Shown: piece by piece, positions 37,507-51,068 of the stretch
How positions within the stretch are numbered: the stretch's first letter is position 1
Layout: every line of letters begins with the position of its first letter
Assembly: GCF_032191835.1 (NCBI RefSeq)
Contig: NC_083226.1
Location: 38,688,001 to 38,752,000, forward strand
DNA from: Heteronotia binoei
Lineage: Eukaryota
DNA length: 64,000 nt
Direction of reading: 5' to 3'
Notes under the pieces: generated by a model
The model's input: the letters and a program-made list of their open reading frames with translations, nothing else
The model's database searches: none
Told to the model about the DNA's origin: nothing
Made by a program: the position numbers and the translations under genes

Positions 37507-38540
37507 TTATAGTTGATTTAGTCTAGCAGTGATTACCACAGTGATCCTTATTCCTAAATATGCAATTCTTACCATAGCCCTTACAAACATATCCCTCTTA
37601 CAAATGCCGTATTAGGAAGGAACCCTACATGTCTCAGTCTTTGGTTGTATGTTCCAAGCAGACATCACAGGGTCTGATTATTGGATTTGCATCACTCCTA
37701 TAAAACCACTTATGTTAACGTCATTTTATTTTCCCAAAGAGATCTGAGAAATTAGTGGAAGTTGGCAGATAAGGCCTTGGATTCACTGGAGCATTTCTGT
37801 GGATGGAATGATTTCAAGCCTCCCCTTTCCCATGCATTTTGGGCTGCAGTGAGAAAGGGAAGGCACAAAAGTCGCATCCCTGCATGGAAGTCCTTCAGTC
37901 TGCAGCAACGCTCTAGTGAATCCAACCCAGTGCTCTGTGGTGTGCAACCAAGTGGTGTGCAAATAATTTTGTTGAGCTTTTACAGTAGGACAAGAGGAAT
38001 TGGTCAGGAACAACACTCTTAAGGCATCATAGATCTTTGAATGCGCACAGTGAAGCAGGAAATAATAACGAGAATTTCCCCAAGTCTAGTTCCATTTCTA
38101 ATTCCCAACTTATACACCACAGAATTCATTTAGTCCCTTCATGAATTTGTGCTCTTTGATGGATGGAGCAATAGGGTGGGCTTGTTTATAGCCCATGTCA
38201 AAAAGACTTGCAGAAAAAGAGCTGAAAGAGGTGCATTACTTAAGCAAAGACTTCAAACAGCTCGCTTCATTTGTTTGCTTTCATATTACCCCATTACTGG
38301 TGAAGATTTGTTCCCTGACTGGCCTTCATAGAACAAGATTAAAGTCATCATATGCCAATTTTCCCTCAAAAATCAGTTTAGTATGCTCATGCTGTCACTC
38401 CACTCATAAACATTTGCACCAGATGGTTTGTCTGCTCTGCCCGTGAAACGTCACTAGAACATTAGCATAACTTCCTGGTTTTTATTAGTGCTGCAATCTT
38501 TAATTGGTTAAGTCAGTTCAGTTCAGTTACCTTTATTGGC

Positions 38541-38612
38541 ATAAGAACATAAGAGAAGCCATGTTGGATCAGGCCAATCGCCCATCCAGTCCAACACTTT
38601 GTGACACACAGT
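38541..38612 (-). mobile_element. CR1 3'-terminal stub
   Basis: Matches 4412-4446 joined to 4983 onward, i.e. the same CR1 3' end without the MITE. Confidence 0.85.
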
Positions 38613-41527
38613 GGCCAAAAAAAAACAGGTGCATAAGATACGTGTCAGTCACATGAACATTAACAAGAGTACTATTATAGTTAAGATGCTTAACTCAGTA
38701 TAAAATACAACATCATAAAATTAGCCTGAAATTAATTTAAGAATATCACTTTGTAAATAGACAGCTGCTTGAAGAAACCTAGCCACGTTTTCAGTGATAT
38801 TTATTTTGGAATTATTGAGAAGAAATAATAATTTGTAGGAAGCAGGTAAATCAAAGATGCCATTTAAAATTGGAGATAAAATACTCTGCCAAAGGTTAGA
38901 ATAATAAGGGCATTCTATTCTATTAAGACATGCAAAACTGTTTCTGTGGCTCCACTTAGGCACTGTCTGTTGAAAAAAGAGATGCCACTAAACTTTCCAG
39001 TTAAAATTGCTGAGTTGGTTAAGTCAACAGATTCATCAACTGAAGCTGTCCTCTGAGCTTGCGACAGGAAAATTCAGCTATTTAAATTTCTACATATAAA
39101 ATCAATATAATACATTTTATCCCATCTTTCTTTCAAGTTGCTTGGGGCTCCCACACAGTTCTCAGTTCCTTAGTCCCATGCAATTCACAGTTGCCAGCAG
39201 TGTCCATGCATTTGCCCTTCTTAACATTCCATATCAGACTTTGCCTTTGGATTCTAGAATATGTTGAGGGAAATTTCTTTTGGTCATTGTGTTAAGGCAC
39301 TCATCTGTAAAATAAATATACTCAATCTGGTCTCTTTCCTGTGCTGCAAGATTGGCAATCTGTGAAGCCATGATAATAGTCCAACGATTCATAGAATGCA
39401 GTGTGATGTGTTCTGAAACACTGCAGCAGCTTTGATACACACATGAGCAAAAGTTGGAATAGCAATAGCAACGTATCTGGGGAGATTGTACACAGAACAG
39501 TATGAGTCTGTTTAAAAAATTATAGACCTACTTGTCTTTCTCCCAGAAAACTGGGATTCAAGGTAGAAACAAGAAAAAAATAACCATTCAAATAGCCAGT
39601 AATAGCTATTTTATTTTATTTAACATATATCCCTCCTTTTGACTTGGATCCAGCAATGTGCAAGCACAAATGTGAATGGACTTAGTGCTGTTCTACTAGC
39701 ACATGATTTTGTGCAACATCCAGTGCTTTCCTCTTTATATGTTATAGTGCCCCAACATTGATTGTGCAAGTGGAAATGCAAATAATGATACAAGAAGTCT
39801 GACTTTGCACAAATAGCTACTGCAGTCTATTTCTTATGTTTCTGTTTGTGCAAGAGCTATAGCACAAACAGATATTTTGTGCCGGACCCAATTGAATGGA
39901 TCCTCCATGTTCTGAGCAGTCAATCTCTAAATCCCAGAACCAGCAGGCAACATCAGGTCTCAGCCTCTATGCCCTTTTGCTTAGAGGAACTGGTAGGCCA
40001 CTGTGTGATGCAGGATATTGGACTAGGTAGACCACTGATCAGATCCAGCAGTGCTCTTAGGTTTGCCAGGTCTTACCTTTCTCTCAGCGAGGAGATCTAG
40101 TAACCTCTCCTGGAGTTTTCTGCCACACACACAAAGTGCACAAAGCATGATGACATCATGCAGAAGTTATATCATTGTGTTGCTGGCAGCACACAACACT
40201 CTAGATTTTGGTTAAAAACTCTATAGGTTTTTTGCTGCAAAACCATAGAGTTTGCCCAAAATCCAGAGCATTGTCACACGACACACACAGCATGATGACA
40301 TCGCTTCTGAGCGACATCACTGCATCAGGGACATTGCATGAGAACTTCCCTCTTGGGATGTGGGGCTTCTCCCGCCAGCCAGCTTTGGGCCAGCAGATCG
40401 GCGCCCACCAGACCGGGGGATCCCCTGGCCAGACCGGGGGGGGCTGGCAACCCTAAGTGCTCTTCTAATGTTTTTATCCAAAGATCAACTGAAATCTCTA
40501 AAAAAAAAGTTATAAATGATTGTTTAAAATCACCATTAACGTATTAAGCTATTTTTTAAAAATCACACCTGCACCACCAGAAAAGGAAAGAAACTGAAAT
40601 CCATGCAACTTTAAACGAAAAAATCACCAAAAGAAACATCTTTTTACCAATATTTGGCAGGCTAGCAGAGGGAACTTGGTGAGCTTCTTTTGCAGCAAGG
40701 AAGTCCAGGGTGATGGCCTTGCTTGCCATAGCCACTTCCCTAATGTCTGCAGTTTGTGGTCTCTTAAGCAGGACCTTATTTGAGGACCAAGATGCTCAGG
40801 GAAGATGCTCAGGGGGAGGAAATGTTGCCTTTGCCACCCTGCATTTGGATGCTATTGGCTTTTAAAGATGGCAGGCAGATGGGTGGATGGCTGTTGCTCT
40901 GCTTAATATTTTAGAATGCTTGAAGCCCTTCTAAGGGCAGCAAATATAGTGAAATTGTGCTCCATTAAAGCACCATTCTGATACCAAACAGAATACAAAT
41001 AATATTTACCAACTCAGGTTTACTCTGCAAAAGCAAATTAAAGGCAAAGTGGCTTAGAAATAGAAAATCAACATAATCAATAAACAGCATATTTCATTAC
41101 ACTGGAAAAGATTCAAACCCGCATGTTGGACATAAATACGTCTCATTTGAGCTTAGAGATCCAGGGCATGTTATTGCTTCTTTGTGTTATACAAGGTTAA
41201 TTCCTTTATTCCTCCCCCCCATTTATTTTATTTTCTAAGGTCACTGACCTGATAAATATCTAGAACCTCCTGACCACAGGGATTAGCACACAAACGACTG
41301 GCAATGGTTTTAGTCATCTGGTCTTGTTCCTTCCAACCTCAGCCAGTTTATTGAATGGTAATCAAAGTACAATGACTGCGTTTTGCTTGCTTTGATCCAA
41401 TTATCCAGCACAAAGCCTCTGATGTCTATTGTTTGAGGTGATAGTTGCACTCTGCTGCCTAAGCATCAGAGCCTTTGGGGTCCACAGGGTTGTGTCTAAC
41501 TGTATTCCCTGTTCTCTTGACAATCAG

Positions 41528-41632
41528 ATGCGGTGAATTACATTTATTCCCAGATCCCTGAACTCCCGGCTTTCTTTACACGAACAACGGAGGAGTTGGG
41601 TCCCAGGAAGGACGGGACAAGCAGAGTAACTG
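41528..41632 (+). CDS. PALM2: Paralemmin-2 symmetric 105-nt exon (probable cassette exon)
   Basis: Acceptor ccctgttctcttgacaatcag and donor ctg|gtaagt. Phase 1-1. Reads DAVN...QIPELPAFFTRTTEELGPRKDGTSRVT, similar to recalled human [33 protein letters not shown]. Confidence 0.85.
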
Positions 41633-42999
41633 GTAAGTCTCAAAGGAGCATGGTTTATTCTTTCAGCCCAGGCAGCAGACGTGATCTTTTAAAACTATAT
41701 TAGATTTCCTGGGATGGGTGCCCAGCTGTCTTTTATACAGGAGGAAACAGCTCAAGTCATGACTTGGCTTCTTGCACGTAACCAGTGAGCCGCTTAAACG
41801 CATCTCTGTGTTGTATCTTTCAAGACACAAAAATTTAAGCAATAGTCACATTGGCTAAAAGTTGAATGAGCTGTCTTGTGTAGAAGATATTTCCCAGATG
41901 TAAACAAGCAGTCCAGAGGAAAATATAGACAGTTTTGTTGGCCAGGTTTGGATTGGGAGGGGTGGGAAGTATGGTGAGAATAGGAATGAGTCTGTGACTA
42001 AAATTATTGTGTAAAGTTTAACCTGATGCTGAAAGAAGCAGATGGGAATCTGCAGGTACTAGCCAAAGAATATTAACTATACTTATGTCCATTGAGATCA
42101 ATGTGGCTTTGGTGTGCACACATAATCCCATTTTAATGGGGCTTTCATCCAAGAAGGTGTATACAACACTGCTGCTTAAGACACCACTGATGGACTTCAA
42201 CTGGCTTAAATCACTCTGTATTCAATACATTTTGTTGCTGGCAATGACATACCCTGAGTCTTTTGGTGGTGGTAGAAAGTGCAGTCAAATTGCAAACCAC
42301 TGATGGCATTTTCATGGCAAGAGAAAAACTGGGTTGTTTGCTATTCCTCACCTCTATGTAGCAACCCTGGACTTCCTTGATCGTCTCCCATCCAAGTAGT
42401 AACCAAGGTTAACCCTGCTTCACCTCCAACGTCTGATGACATTGAGCTAGCCTGGGTCTTCTGGTTCTGGAGAAGTCAGAGGCGCCTTTAGATAGGTCAC
42501 CATATACACTGAAATATATTTTATGTATATGTTTTATTTAAGTACTCTGAGTTGTAGGAGTGGCACTTTACACCTCACAATTTTTAAATGGAAGGCAATG
42601 GTTTTTTTATCAGTGTCAAAGGGGAGCTAGCGTGCTGTGATTAGAATGACCTCATATATTTTATCATCCTCTTAAACTGCCCTAGCTGCATGCTTATGCT
42701 CACAGGTATAGTGTGGGAACTGGGTAATAATGGGTAGAGTCAGGAGAAACATCCATGATCAGGTAAATTACCATTGAAATTGCTAATGGTCACATCTGTG
42801 AGTGCTCAGTTAGCACATTAAATTTGTCCTTGAATGTATATTTGGAGCCAGAATATTGGTAGTACTCATGTAGGGAAAGAATGGTTTGTATGAAAAAGTC
42901 AATTCAAATAGTAAGACAGGCTGCTTAGCAAGTAAAGTTTAAGTCAAGCATTTAACAGCTCATAAGCCATACACTATTTAAAAAAAACATAATTTAAGA

Positions 43000-44300
43000 A
43001 TTAAAAATCACAGTACAGCAGACGTTTGCCATGCTCACAATGCAGTTTTTACAGAGGCTATTCAGGAATAATCTTAATCTTGGGATATCAGAAATGGCTG
43101 AATATTTTAATAGCCGTTTTAAAATAATTTTTCCCCTGGCTATTTCATACTTTGGGCAGTAGACAAAAGGTATGGGACAATGAATCAACCACTGCCAAAA
43201 CGTAGTCACAGAAACATTGATCTGAAGGTATCTGAGGAAATGGCTCTTCATCTGGGCTGTTGACAGAGCATTACAATGTGTAATTTTATATGTCCGCCTC
43301 TGTTTTGGTGTATAATTATACTGCCAGTATAATGAGATAATGAGGTGGATCAAATGGAGAGGGAAACATTCCCACATAGCATCTTTTGAAGGGAGTCACA
43401 ATCTTGTTTGAGTGGTTTTTCTTTAAATAATAATTGTCTTCTTTTTTTGTTAGATTTCTGTAAGCCCAATTGGTTCATTTCTATATCTGCAGCTCTGTTC
43501 CATTCTGACCAGCAGTGCTCATGGGCTGCCGATATAGAGAAAGTTGGGAGATCTTCAGAGTTTAGCAGTCCGCACTTGAAGCTAATGATGGCTTTCCAGA
43601 TTCAAGTTGTATGACTGAGGAAGCTATGCATGGTGGGTCAAGCGAGTATTTTGTGAAGGAATATTAACTGAAATTTATCAAACAATTTTATTGGGCCCAG
43701 AAACCAACTCTGGGATCCATACAATATGCATGATATCACTAGTGCTTTATATGCCTTCAAAAGTGCTGACACATACTGAGCTCCCTTTATATAGAAAAAC
43801 TTCCTTAAAGCCAGCAGAGTTAAATCAGTTTTCAATTTAAGATACTGAACATGCTTGAATGAGGATAGATTGGACTGGAACACAGTTCCCTAGCACCTAA
43901 ATTCATCAACCTATTTTCCATCTTTTGTTTGTTTTGTTTTATATAGTTACAGTATGTATTTATTATATTTGTATCCTGCCCTCCCCTCAAGCAGGCTCAG
44001 GGGGGGTTCCATCATAAAATTCATAAACTGATTTTGATTTTTTGAATGCCATGATCTTAGATTTATCCTCATTTATCTCCAGGAGTTCACTATTACAATA
44101 GGTGATAAATGCTTTTATAAAGCGCTTTAGATCAGGAGGCTGCATAGCTTGGCCGGGGACTTCTGAGCCAACTGGTCTTTTTGGAAACTGATTATATCCT
44201 GCCATGATAAATATTTGTATCAGTTCTGTGTAGACTCTTCTAGAGCAGGAAACCACTTCAGGGAAAAGCAATAGAGTACTATTGTCATCCAGTATGCACA
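43000..44300 (-). mobile_element. Degenerate non-LTR retrotransposon ORF2 (RTE-X-like; clade inferred)
   Basis: Remnant frames DLKRFIKAFITYCNSELLEINEDKSKIMAF, LLKAYKALVISCILYGSQSW and a C-terminal Cys/His-like segment (CPKYEIAR). Confidence 0.55.
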
Positions 44301-44326
44301 CAGTGTACTGACTTGCAGGCTCTGGG

Positions 44327-45034
44327 TGTCAGGTTACAGTGTCTGTTCTGCTTCACAAAATATCCAAGCCAGAGAGAGTTTCCAAAGTCAAGCATCATGC
44401 AGTCCTAGGACAGGGGTTCAGAACTCAATCAAAGCAGTATTTGGCCCAAAGTCAGGGGTTCAGAAATCAGTCCTCCATCCAAGGTCAGGTTTCCAGGAAT
44501 CAATCAGGCAGTGTTGGCAGTTCAGCATCTAATGTACCTGTTGAATTCACACCCAACAAGCCTCTCTCTGGAGGCTTTACAGCCATACATTAATGCATCT
44601 TGCCTTCAGCCGGCTGCTCAAGAGTAGTCTTATAAAGCCTCATCTTCACTATCATCTGGCAGCTGGTGGCAAACCAAGTGGTGTGCACTTTGACATCTAA
44701 CATGTAACTTAGTTCTCAGTCTTTGTCTGCAGTGTTCCAAAGGTGCAGGTGATCTTGGAGGGCTGGGAATGGCCAACTGAGTTTTATTTTTATTTTTTTA
44801 TTTATTTATGGTTTGTATCCCGCCCTTCCCACAAAAGTGGCTGAGGGCAGCTAGCTGCTGAACTGGGGCTGGAGGGTGGAGGTTGTTCTGCACCAGCTAT
44901 TGACTGTAAGTCTTGGCATGCTTGCAGTTCATTTTTCTGCTGGTCAGCTTCTATCAAATGCAGGCTGGCTACACAAGATCCCCTCCTCCTGTGAGGAGAT
45001 CTCACTATCACTGAGCCCTGGCTGACCCTTGACA
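44327..45034. mobile_element. Possible decayed solo LTR
   Basis: TGTCAGG...CCTTGACA ends and internal short repeats (caggggttcagaa). No TSD found. Confidence 0.3.
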
Positions 45035-45386
45035 CTCATTATGGTATTAAGTTGTTCAGAACAAAAAGTGGACAATGGGAAGCATATGTTCATGATTAGC
45101 CAGCCCAATAAAGAAAACATTCACATGTACTTTTCTATCTTTAATATATTTATAAAATGGAAAAAATCAATTTCTTAGAACTTCTGTATACCATCCCGAA
45201 GTTATATATGTTGTGTCCAGTACATATTGTAGTAAGGCTAAAAACGTTATCGTTAAAAAGACATAGGGCTAACTAGATTCATTGGGGAAAAATGGGGAAA
45301 TGAAACCCACATAGAAAGGAACATTCACATTAATTAATGGTACATCTAGCTGGGAGGAGGGGAATATATGTTTCTATCCTCTGTAG

Positions 45387-45797
45387 CAGGGATGTCGAAC
45401 TCATTTGTTATAAGGGCCAGATATGCCATAAATGTGTGTTATAAAATGTAATGCCAGTTAGGGGAGACATAAACTTTATAAAGGACACAGACAAACACAC
45501 ACAATCAGCCTAATGCACCTCACTAGTATGTTGAAAGAGCTACTCAGCCAACAGAAGGAAGAGCCGCTTGGCTCAGTAGCTCTGCTGTGCAACTGAGAGA
45601 GCCTGGCAAAGCTAGTTCTCCTTTCCCCACTTCCTCCCCAATGGAGGAGTTTTGCTTTGTTGCTCCTGTGCGATTGAGCAAGCCTGGCAAAGCACGTTGT
45701 GATGCAGAAGGAAGCAAGATAGGGAGAAAGAAGCAGAGGACAATGAGTTGCTCATGAGCCTGATAGGAGCCCTCTGGCTGCATGTTTGACACCACTG
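45387..45797. mobile_element. hAT-Charlie-like MITE
   Basis: TIRs CAGGGATGTCGAAC / GTTTGACACCACTG and perfect TSD CTCTGTAG. Confidence 0.82.
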
Positions 45798-46822
45798 CTC
45801 TGTAGCAATTAACTAAAACTGCTGTTTTTACCATTCTTCATATGCAGTCCCAAATACAGGTTGTAGACCTGGTTGATATTTATTTTTGTTTTTACCTATC
45901 ATGATTCCATAGATTTGGCAAAAGCCATTAATTCTAAAGACATCCATGTATATACAGGAAAGGAAATGTCCCCTGTGCAAGCACCAGTTGTTTCCTATAC
46001 AAGGTTTGCATTAAACCTTGTGGCTGGAATTTATGGGGAAAAATGAGACATACACATTTTTAAGCTCTTTGATGAGACAATCCAGTTGTCACAAAGCACT
46101 AAAGAGTTTGGCCAGGATTTCCCAGACTTGTTTCACCATAGTTACATAGCAGCTGTGGGGAATGTCTGTTAAAAAATAGAGACCCTGTTTTGGCTTGGAA
46201 TGCTGCCAAGGGGAGGGGGGTCCTGTCTTTCCTTCCAGTTGTTTTCCTTTGTCGTAACAGTGCTAGAGGGGAGCTAATTCCCTGCTTTGCTGATCCACGT
46301 GCACATAATACTTTATGCGGAACCCAAACCTAACTCATTAGCAAGCAGCCCATCAAATTTGACCCCAAGTAATTGAATCTTTTGACATATACAGTTAAAA
46401 TTGCATGGTCCAGGACTACACCAGTGTTAGTGATCTGATAATACTGCAGGACTGTACCATATAGCTGAACGTGTCCAGGAAAACATACTTTAATGACAAG
46501 GCATGATGATGAAGAAAAGTAGGTTTTTATACCCTGTTTTTCTCTACCTTAATGAGCCTCAAAGCAGTTTATGATTACCTTTCTTTCCTCTCCCCACAAA
46601 CAGACACCTTGTGAAGTAGGTGGGGCTGAAGGAATTCTGAGAGGACTGTGACTGGCCCAACTTCACCCAGCTGGCTTCATGGGAAAGAGTGGGGAATCAA
46701 ATCTGATTCTCCAGATTAGAGTCTGTGGTTCTTCACCACTATACCACACTGATCCTTACATTTAGAAGTTATTTGGACAATAATGCCAATTATATGAGGG
46801 GCTTTGAAACATAAGGAGCAAA

Positions 46823-47269
46823 TAGGGTAGCCAATCCCCAATTGGGTGCAGGAGGTCCGATGGTTTGGAAGCCATCCCCCCACTTCAGGGTTATCAGAAA
46901 GTTGGTGGGGATGTCTGCTGGGCACTCCATTATTACCCCATGAAGACCATGGGTATCTGAAGCTCAGAGGGAGCTGTTTTTTGAGATAGAGGAACCATTT
47001 TTTTCCCAATAGCATCCAGTGCCTCTCCTAAAAAAAATCCCCCAAGTTTCAAAAAGATTGAACTAGAGAATCCAATTCTATTAACCCCAAAATAAGGTGC
47101 TCCCATTCTCCATTATTTCCAATGGAGGGGAAGCATTTAAAAGGTTAGCTGTCCCTTTAAATGGGATGGCCAGAACTCCCTTTGGAGTTCAGTCATGCTT
47201 GTCACACCTTACTTCTGTCTCCGCCCTCAAAGTCCCCAGATATTTCCTGAACTGGACCCGGCAATCCTA
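46823..47269. mobile_element. Non-autonomous hAT (Blackjack-like), 447 bp
   Basis: TIRs, degenerate TSD GGAGCAAA/GGAGCAGG and shared core. Confidence 0.72.
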
Positions 47270-47404
47270 GGAGCAGGATTTAGCAAGTGTATAGGTGTGC
47301 AAGACTTTTTAAAGATTTCTTCTATCATCAAAGGAAGACTCAAAGCAGTTGACTTTGTGTCTTGACAGCACTATAATGTCCCTAGGTCATTAGCTGCACC
47401 TACG

Positions 47405-47868
47405 TTTAAGTTTAAGTTTAAGTTTATTTCAATTTATATATAATTCCCACCGAAGTGGCTCAGGGCGGCTCACAACATATAAAATCTAACATAGAATTTT
47501 AAATTTAAAATACATCAATTACAACAGTTAAAACAGTAAAATAATAAAACATTTAAACAGCGAGCTATCAAAATACTACACTGAACCTTCTATAGAATTT
47601 CTAATGCCAGTTAATTATAGGCCCACCAGAAGAGGGCTGTCTTACAGGCCCCGCGGAACTGGCCAAGGTCTCGCAGAGCCCTCACCTCTTCCGGCAGCTG
47701 GTTCCACCATCAAGGAGCCGTTATAGAAAAGGCCCTGTCCCTGGTGGATTGCAGACGGGCCTCCTTTGGCCCGGGGATAGCAAGCAGATTTTGAGAGCCC
47801 GATCTCAGTACTCTCTGGGGAACATGTGGGGAGAGACGGTCCCTAAGGAAGGCAGGTCCTAGGCCATA
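47405..47868 (-). mobile_element. L2 LINE 3' end
   Basis: The minus strand reads YGLGPAFLRDRLSPHVPQRVLRS...RAFS...WWNQLPEEVR...FRGACKTALF, an L2 ORF2 C-terminus, followed by the 3'UTR tail. Confidence 0.8.
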
Positions 47869-49122
47869 CCATTAGCTACACCAATAAGAAGAGACTGACA
47901 CAAAAGGCTGCTGTTTTGGGCAGCAATTATTTATTTCATGTAGCCACTTATAGTGTAGCGTAAGCCATGTTGACTTCAGTGGACTCAGAAAGGTGTCGCA
48001 TGGCCTAGGATGGCACTGTTAGTATGCTCACTTTTGGAGACTAATTCATAAGCCCTTTATGGTACCCATGACTTTAATTAACTCTTCCTACTTGGTACTG
48101 ATTAAATTGGGTACATGTGGAATGCTTTCTGCTAAAGGCTGTTACGTGTGTATATGCCATGCGTTGTGTTGCTGTCTCATGGACCTTCTAGAAAGGCAAA
48201 AAGCTGTGAGTGACCCTCCAGGGAGTTTTTCAAGAGCCACATTCTTTCTTTAGCCCTGCAGTCAATGAACTCCTCCGATCCAAGCATAAGCACCCTATAA
48301 CTATAAATGCCTTGCTGCTGAGTGAAACTATCTTGATTATAGACCAGTCTGGAGACTTCAGTGTCACTTGACAAAACAGAAGGTGGCAATTCCTCCTTTT
48401 ACACGTGTTAGCACTGATTGGGGGGGGGGGGGGGATGGAAAAGCACAATTTTAAAAAGGCTGTGTAATGTATGTTGAGGATCCTTTCAAAAGTGCAACAT
48501 GGTAGAATTATATGCCACATTGTTGTACTGATTTATTATGGCTGAATCCATTGGAATTTTCATAAAACAACACAGTAAATTCAACCACATTATAAGTCTC
48601 AGAAGTGACCGTCATGGTTATTTTGGGTTGGATAGGAAGAGGAAGGGATAGTAATCAGATCTGATAAGAAGAGAAGTTTTCATCTTCATAGTGCACTCTT
48701 CATTGGATTGTTCTTTTCAGGGAGGCCACTGGTCTTTCCCCAGATGTGCCTTGGAGATCATAGCCCAAGCTAACATTGCAAATCAACTTTCAAATAAATA
48801 AACATAACAATGTAGACTTGCTACACCATTATTATGATGATATCCAATGTCTTGAATACTTTGTTCTTTAAAATTGTTTACTCTGTCCTTTTGGATATAA
48901 AGAAAGGATCGATTGTGATTTGAAGAAGATGACCTTCTGGAAGAGTAAAACATCTTTCATGCTCAGATCATACATCATACCATGTTTCACTTAAAAACAG
49001 TTTTTGAAATCTTGTACACTGTGTGTGTGTGTGTGTTTTGCTACCCTTAGTGAGAAGTTAAATTACATTCTCTTTTTTCATACTTCTTCCACTCTGTGGA
49101 ACTAACATCGGTTAGTTCTTTT

Positions 49123-49356
49123 AACAAAGCAGGACTCAAGTTTCACCTTTAAAACCAACCAAGTTTTATTTAGAACGTAAGCTTTCATGTGCTCTGTTAA
49201 GCACACTTCATCAGACAATACCTGATCCCCTCGTCTGATGAAGTGTGCTTAAGAGAGCACATAAAAGCTTACGTTCTAAATAAAACTTGGTTGGTCTTAA
49301 ACTTGAGTCCTGCTTTGTTCAACTGCTTCAGACCAACACGGCTGCTCACAGATCTA
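49123..49356 (+). mobile_element. Penelope-like fold-back relic (same family as 36389)
   Basis: Arms 49123-49216 / 49233-49319 and the same tail (ctgcttcagaccaacacggctgc). CTGATGA-agtgtgc...gcacat-GAAAGCTT on the minus strand. Confidence 0.75.
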
Positions 49357-50852
49357 TCTAGTTAGTCCTTTTGTCTTTATCAAGGTTCTCATGCTCTAAA
49401 TATCATCAGAAGACTCTGCTTTAATGGCAGTGTTCCTAAAATGGGGAGTTGGGTTGAGAATGTCAATGGATTGCAATACGCAATACGCAGTGATTGAATA
49501 GGTTACCAATTGCCCTTTCCTTTCCCTTTCCTTTTCCCTTTCCTTTTGTACCCTTAGAAGCTCATTTATCCTTTTGTACCCTTAGAAGCGCATTGATCTC
49601 AAATCTCAAGCAGCAGAAGACACTTATTCCAATTCCCCTTTGAGGATCCAGGGCTGTTTTTATTTGCTTCCTAGGATCAGGGGAAGAAAAGCCTACATTG
49701 CTTGGATGGACCATAAAAAATGCACTGTTGAGCTTATGAATCCTTAAAATAGAATTTAACAGTTGAGAAATGCTGCATGTTAAGATTATTTCAAAATGCC
49801 AACTATATGGCCCCACATCATAACTCAATAACAAGACCTCATAGGATTCTTAAGCACCTTCTGGGAAATATATACGCTTCCCCTTTTCTTTAAAACCTAA
49901 TGTACACTGTGTATCTTGGGGATAGTGTCTACATACACATCCATCTCTTGATGACACCAGCATTAACTGTGACTTTGTGTGCATGAACAGACTATGACAG
50001 ATACCGTACTGCAGAAAGAACGCTTACCACTTGAATGCAGTATTTTTCAATGGAGTCAGTTCATATATTCATCTCCCACTCATGACATTTACAATAATCT
50101 CATGTGCAGCAAAATGAGCCTGCTTGTAATAATGGGGTGTAGACCAATCGAATGATGTGTATGTATGCATGAACCAGACTGTAGCTGGATCTGTAAGATG
50201 CATGAGCTGTGTATCTCTTTGGCTTGCAGTTGTTTCAACTGATGGTCCTGGGAGCCCAGGAATTCTGCTTCTGTGCTGGATTTTTAAAATATTCATCTTT
50301 GTCTCTCTCCTGTGGGCCTTAAAGTACATTCCAGGCACACATCAACCTGCTTCATCCATTCCTTTTAATCTCTCCCTCTTCTCAGAGCACTGCAGTTTAA
50401 CTGTCCTTCTTTATTTGCCTTTATAAGCCTTAGGGAAGATGGGGGAGGTCTTCCTCTGAAGGCTCAGCAAGAAAAGTTTCTGAGTCCCTGGCCTGTGGGA
50501 GAGCAAATGTTCATAACAGAAGATAGTGAAGCACATCTTCTATATCTTAGTAGTCTAAGGCAGGGCTGTGCATATTCCACTAATGAAACCAAAATTCTGC
50601 ACCAAGGAAAGCTGAATTTTGCAGCTTGCACTAGTTGTACCATTCAAGCAGATTTGCATTATTTCATTTATTTTTCATAATTCTGCAATGTTAACTATTT
50701 TGCTCTTGTTTTCCCGATTTCTTTTAGTCAGGGGGAGGGACAAAAAACCAGTGCAAGTCATTGCCCAGGCCAGTGGGTAACTTACAGTGCCATCCTCAGG
50801 AGTGTTATTCCCAGCTTGACAAATGGGCTTAACGAGGTATAATTCTGCTTAG

Positions 50853-51068
50853 CAGGGCTTTTTTTGTAAAAAAAAAAAAGCCCAACAGGAACTCATTTGC
50901 ATATTAGGCCACACCCCCTGGCATCACCATTGTTTCACACAGTGCTTTCTTTAAGAAAAAGCCCAACATGAACTCATTTGCATATTAAGCCACACACCCC
51001 TGACACCAAGCCAGCCAGAACTGCGTTCCTGTTCATTCCTGCTTTAAATAATAATTTTTAAAGCCCTG
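50853..51068. mobile_element. hAT MITE (CAGGGCTTTTT family)
   Basis: Perfect TSD CTGCTTAG (50845-50852 / 51069-51076). Relatives at about 3933-4132 and 24223-24342. Confidence 0.8.
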
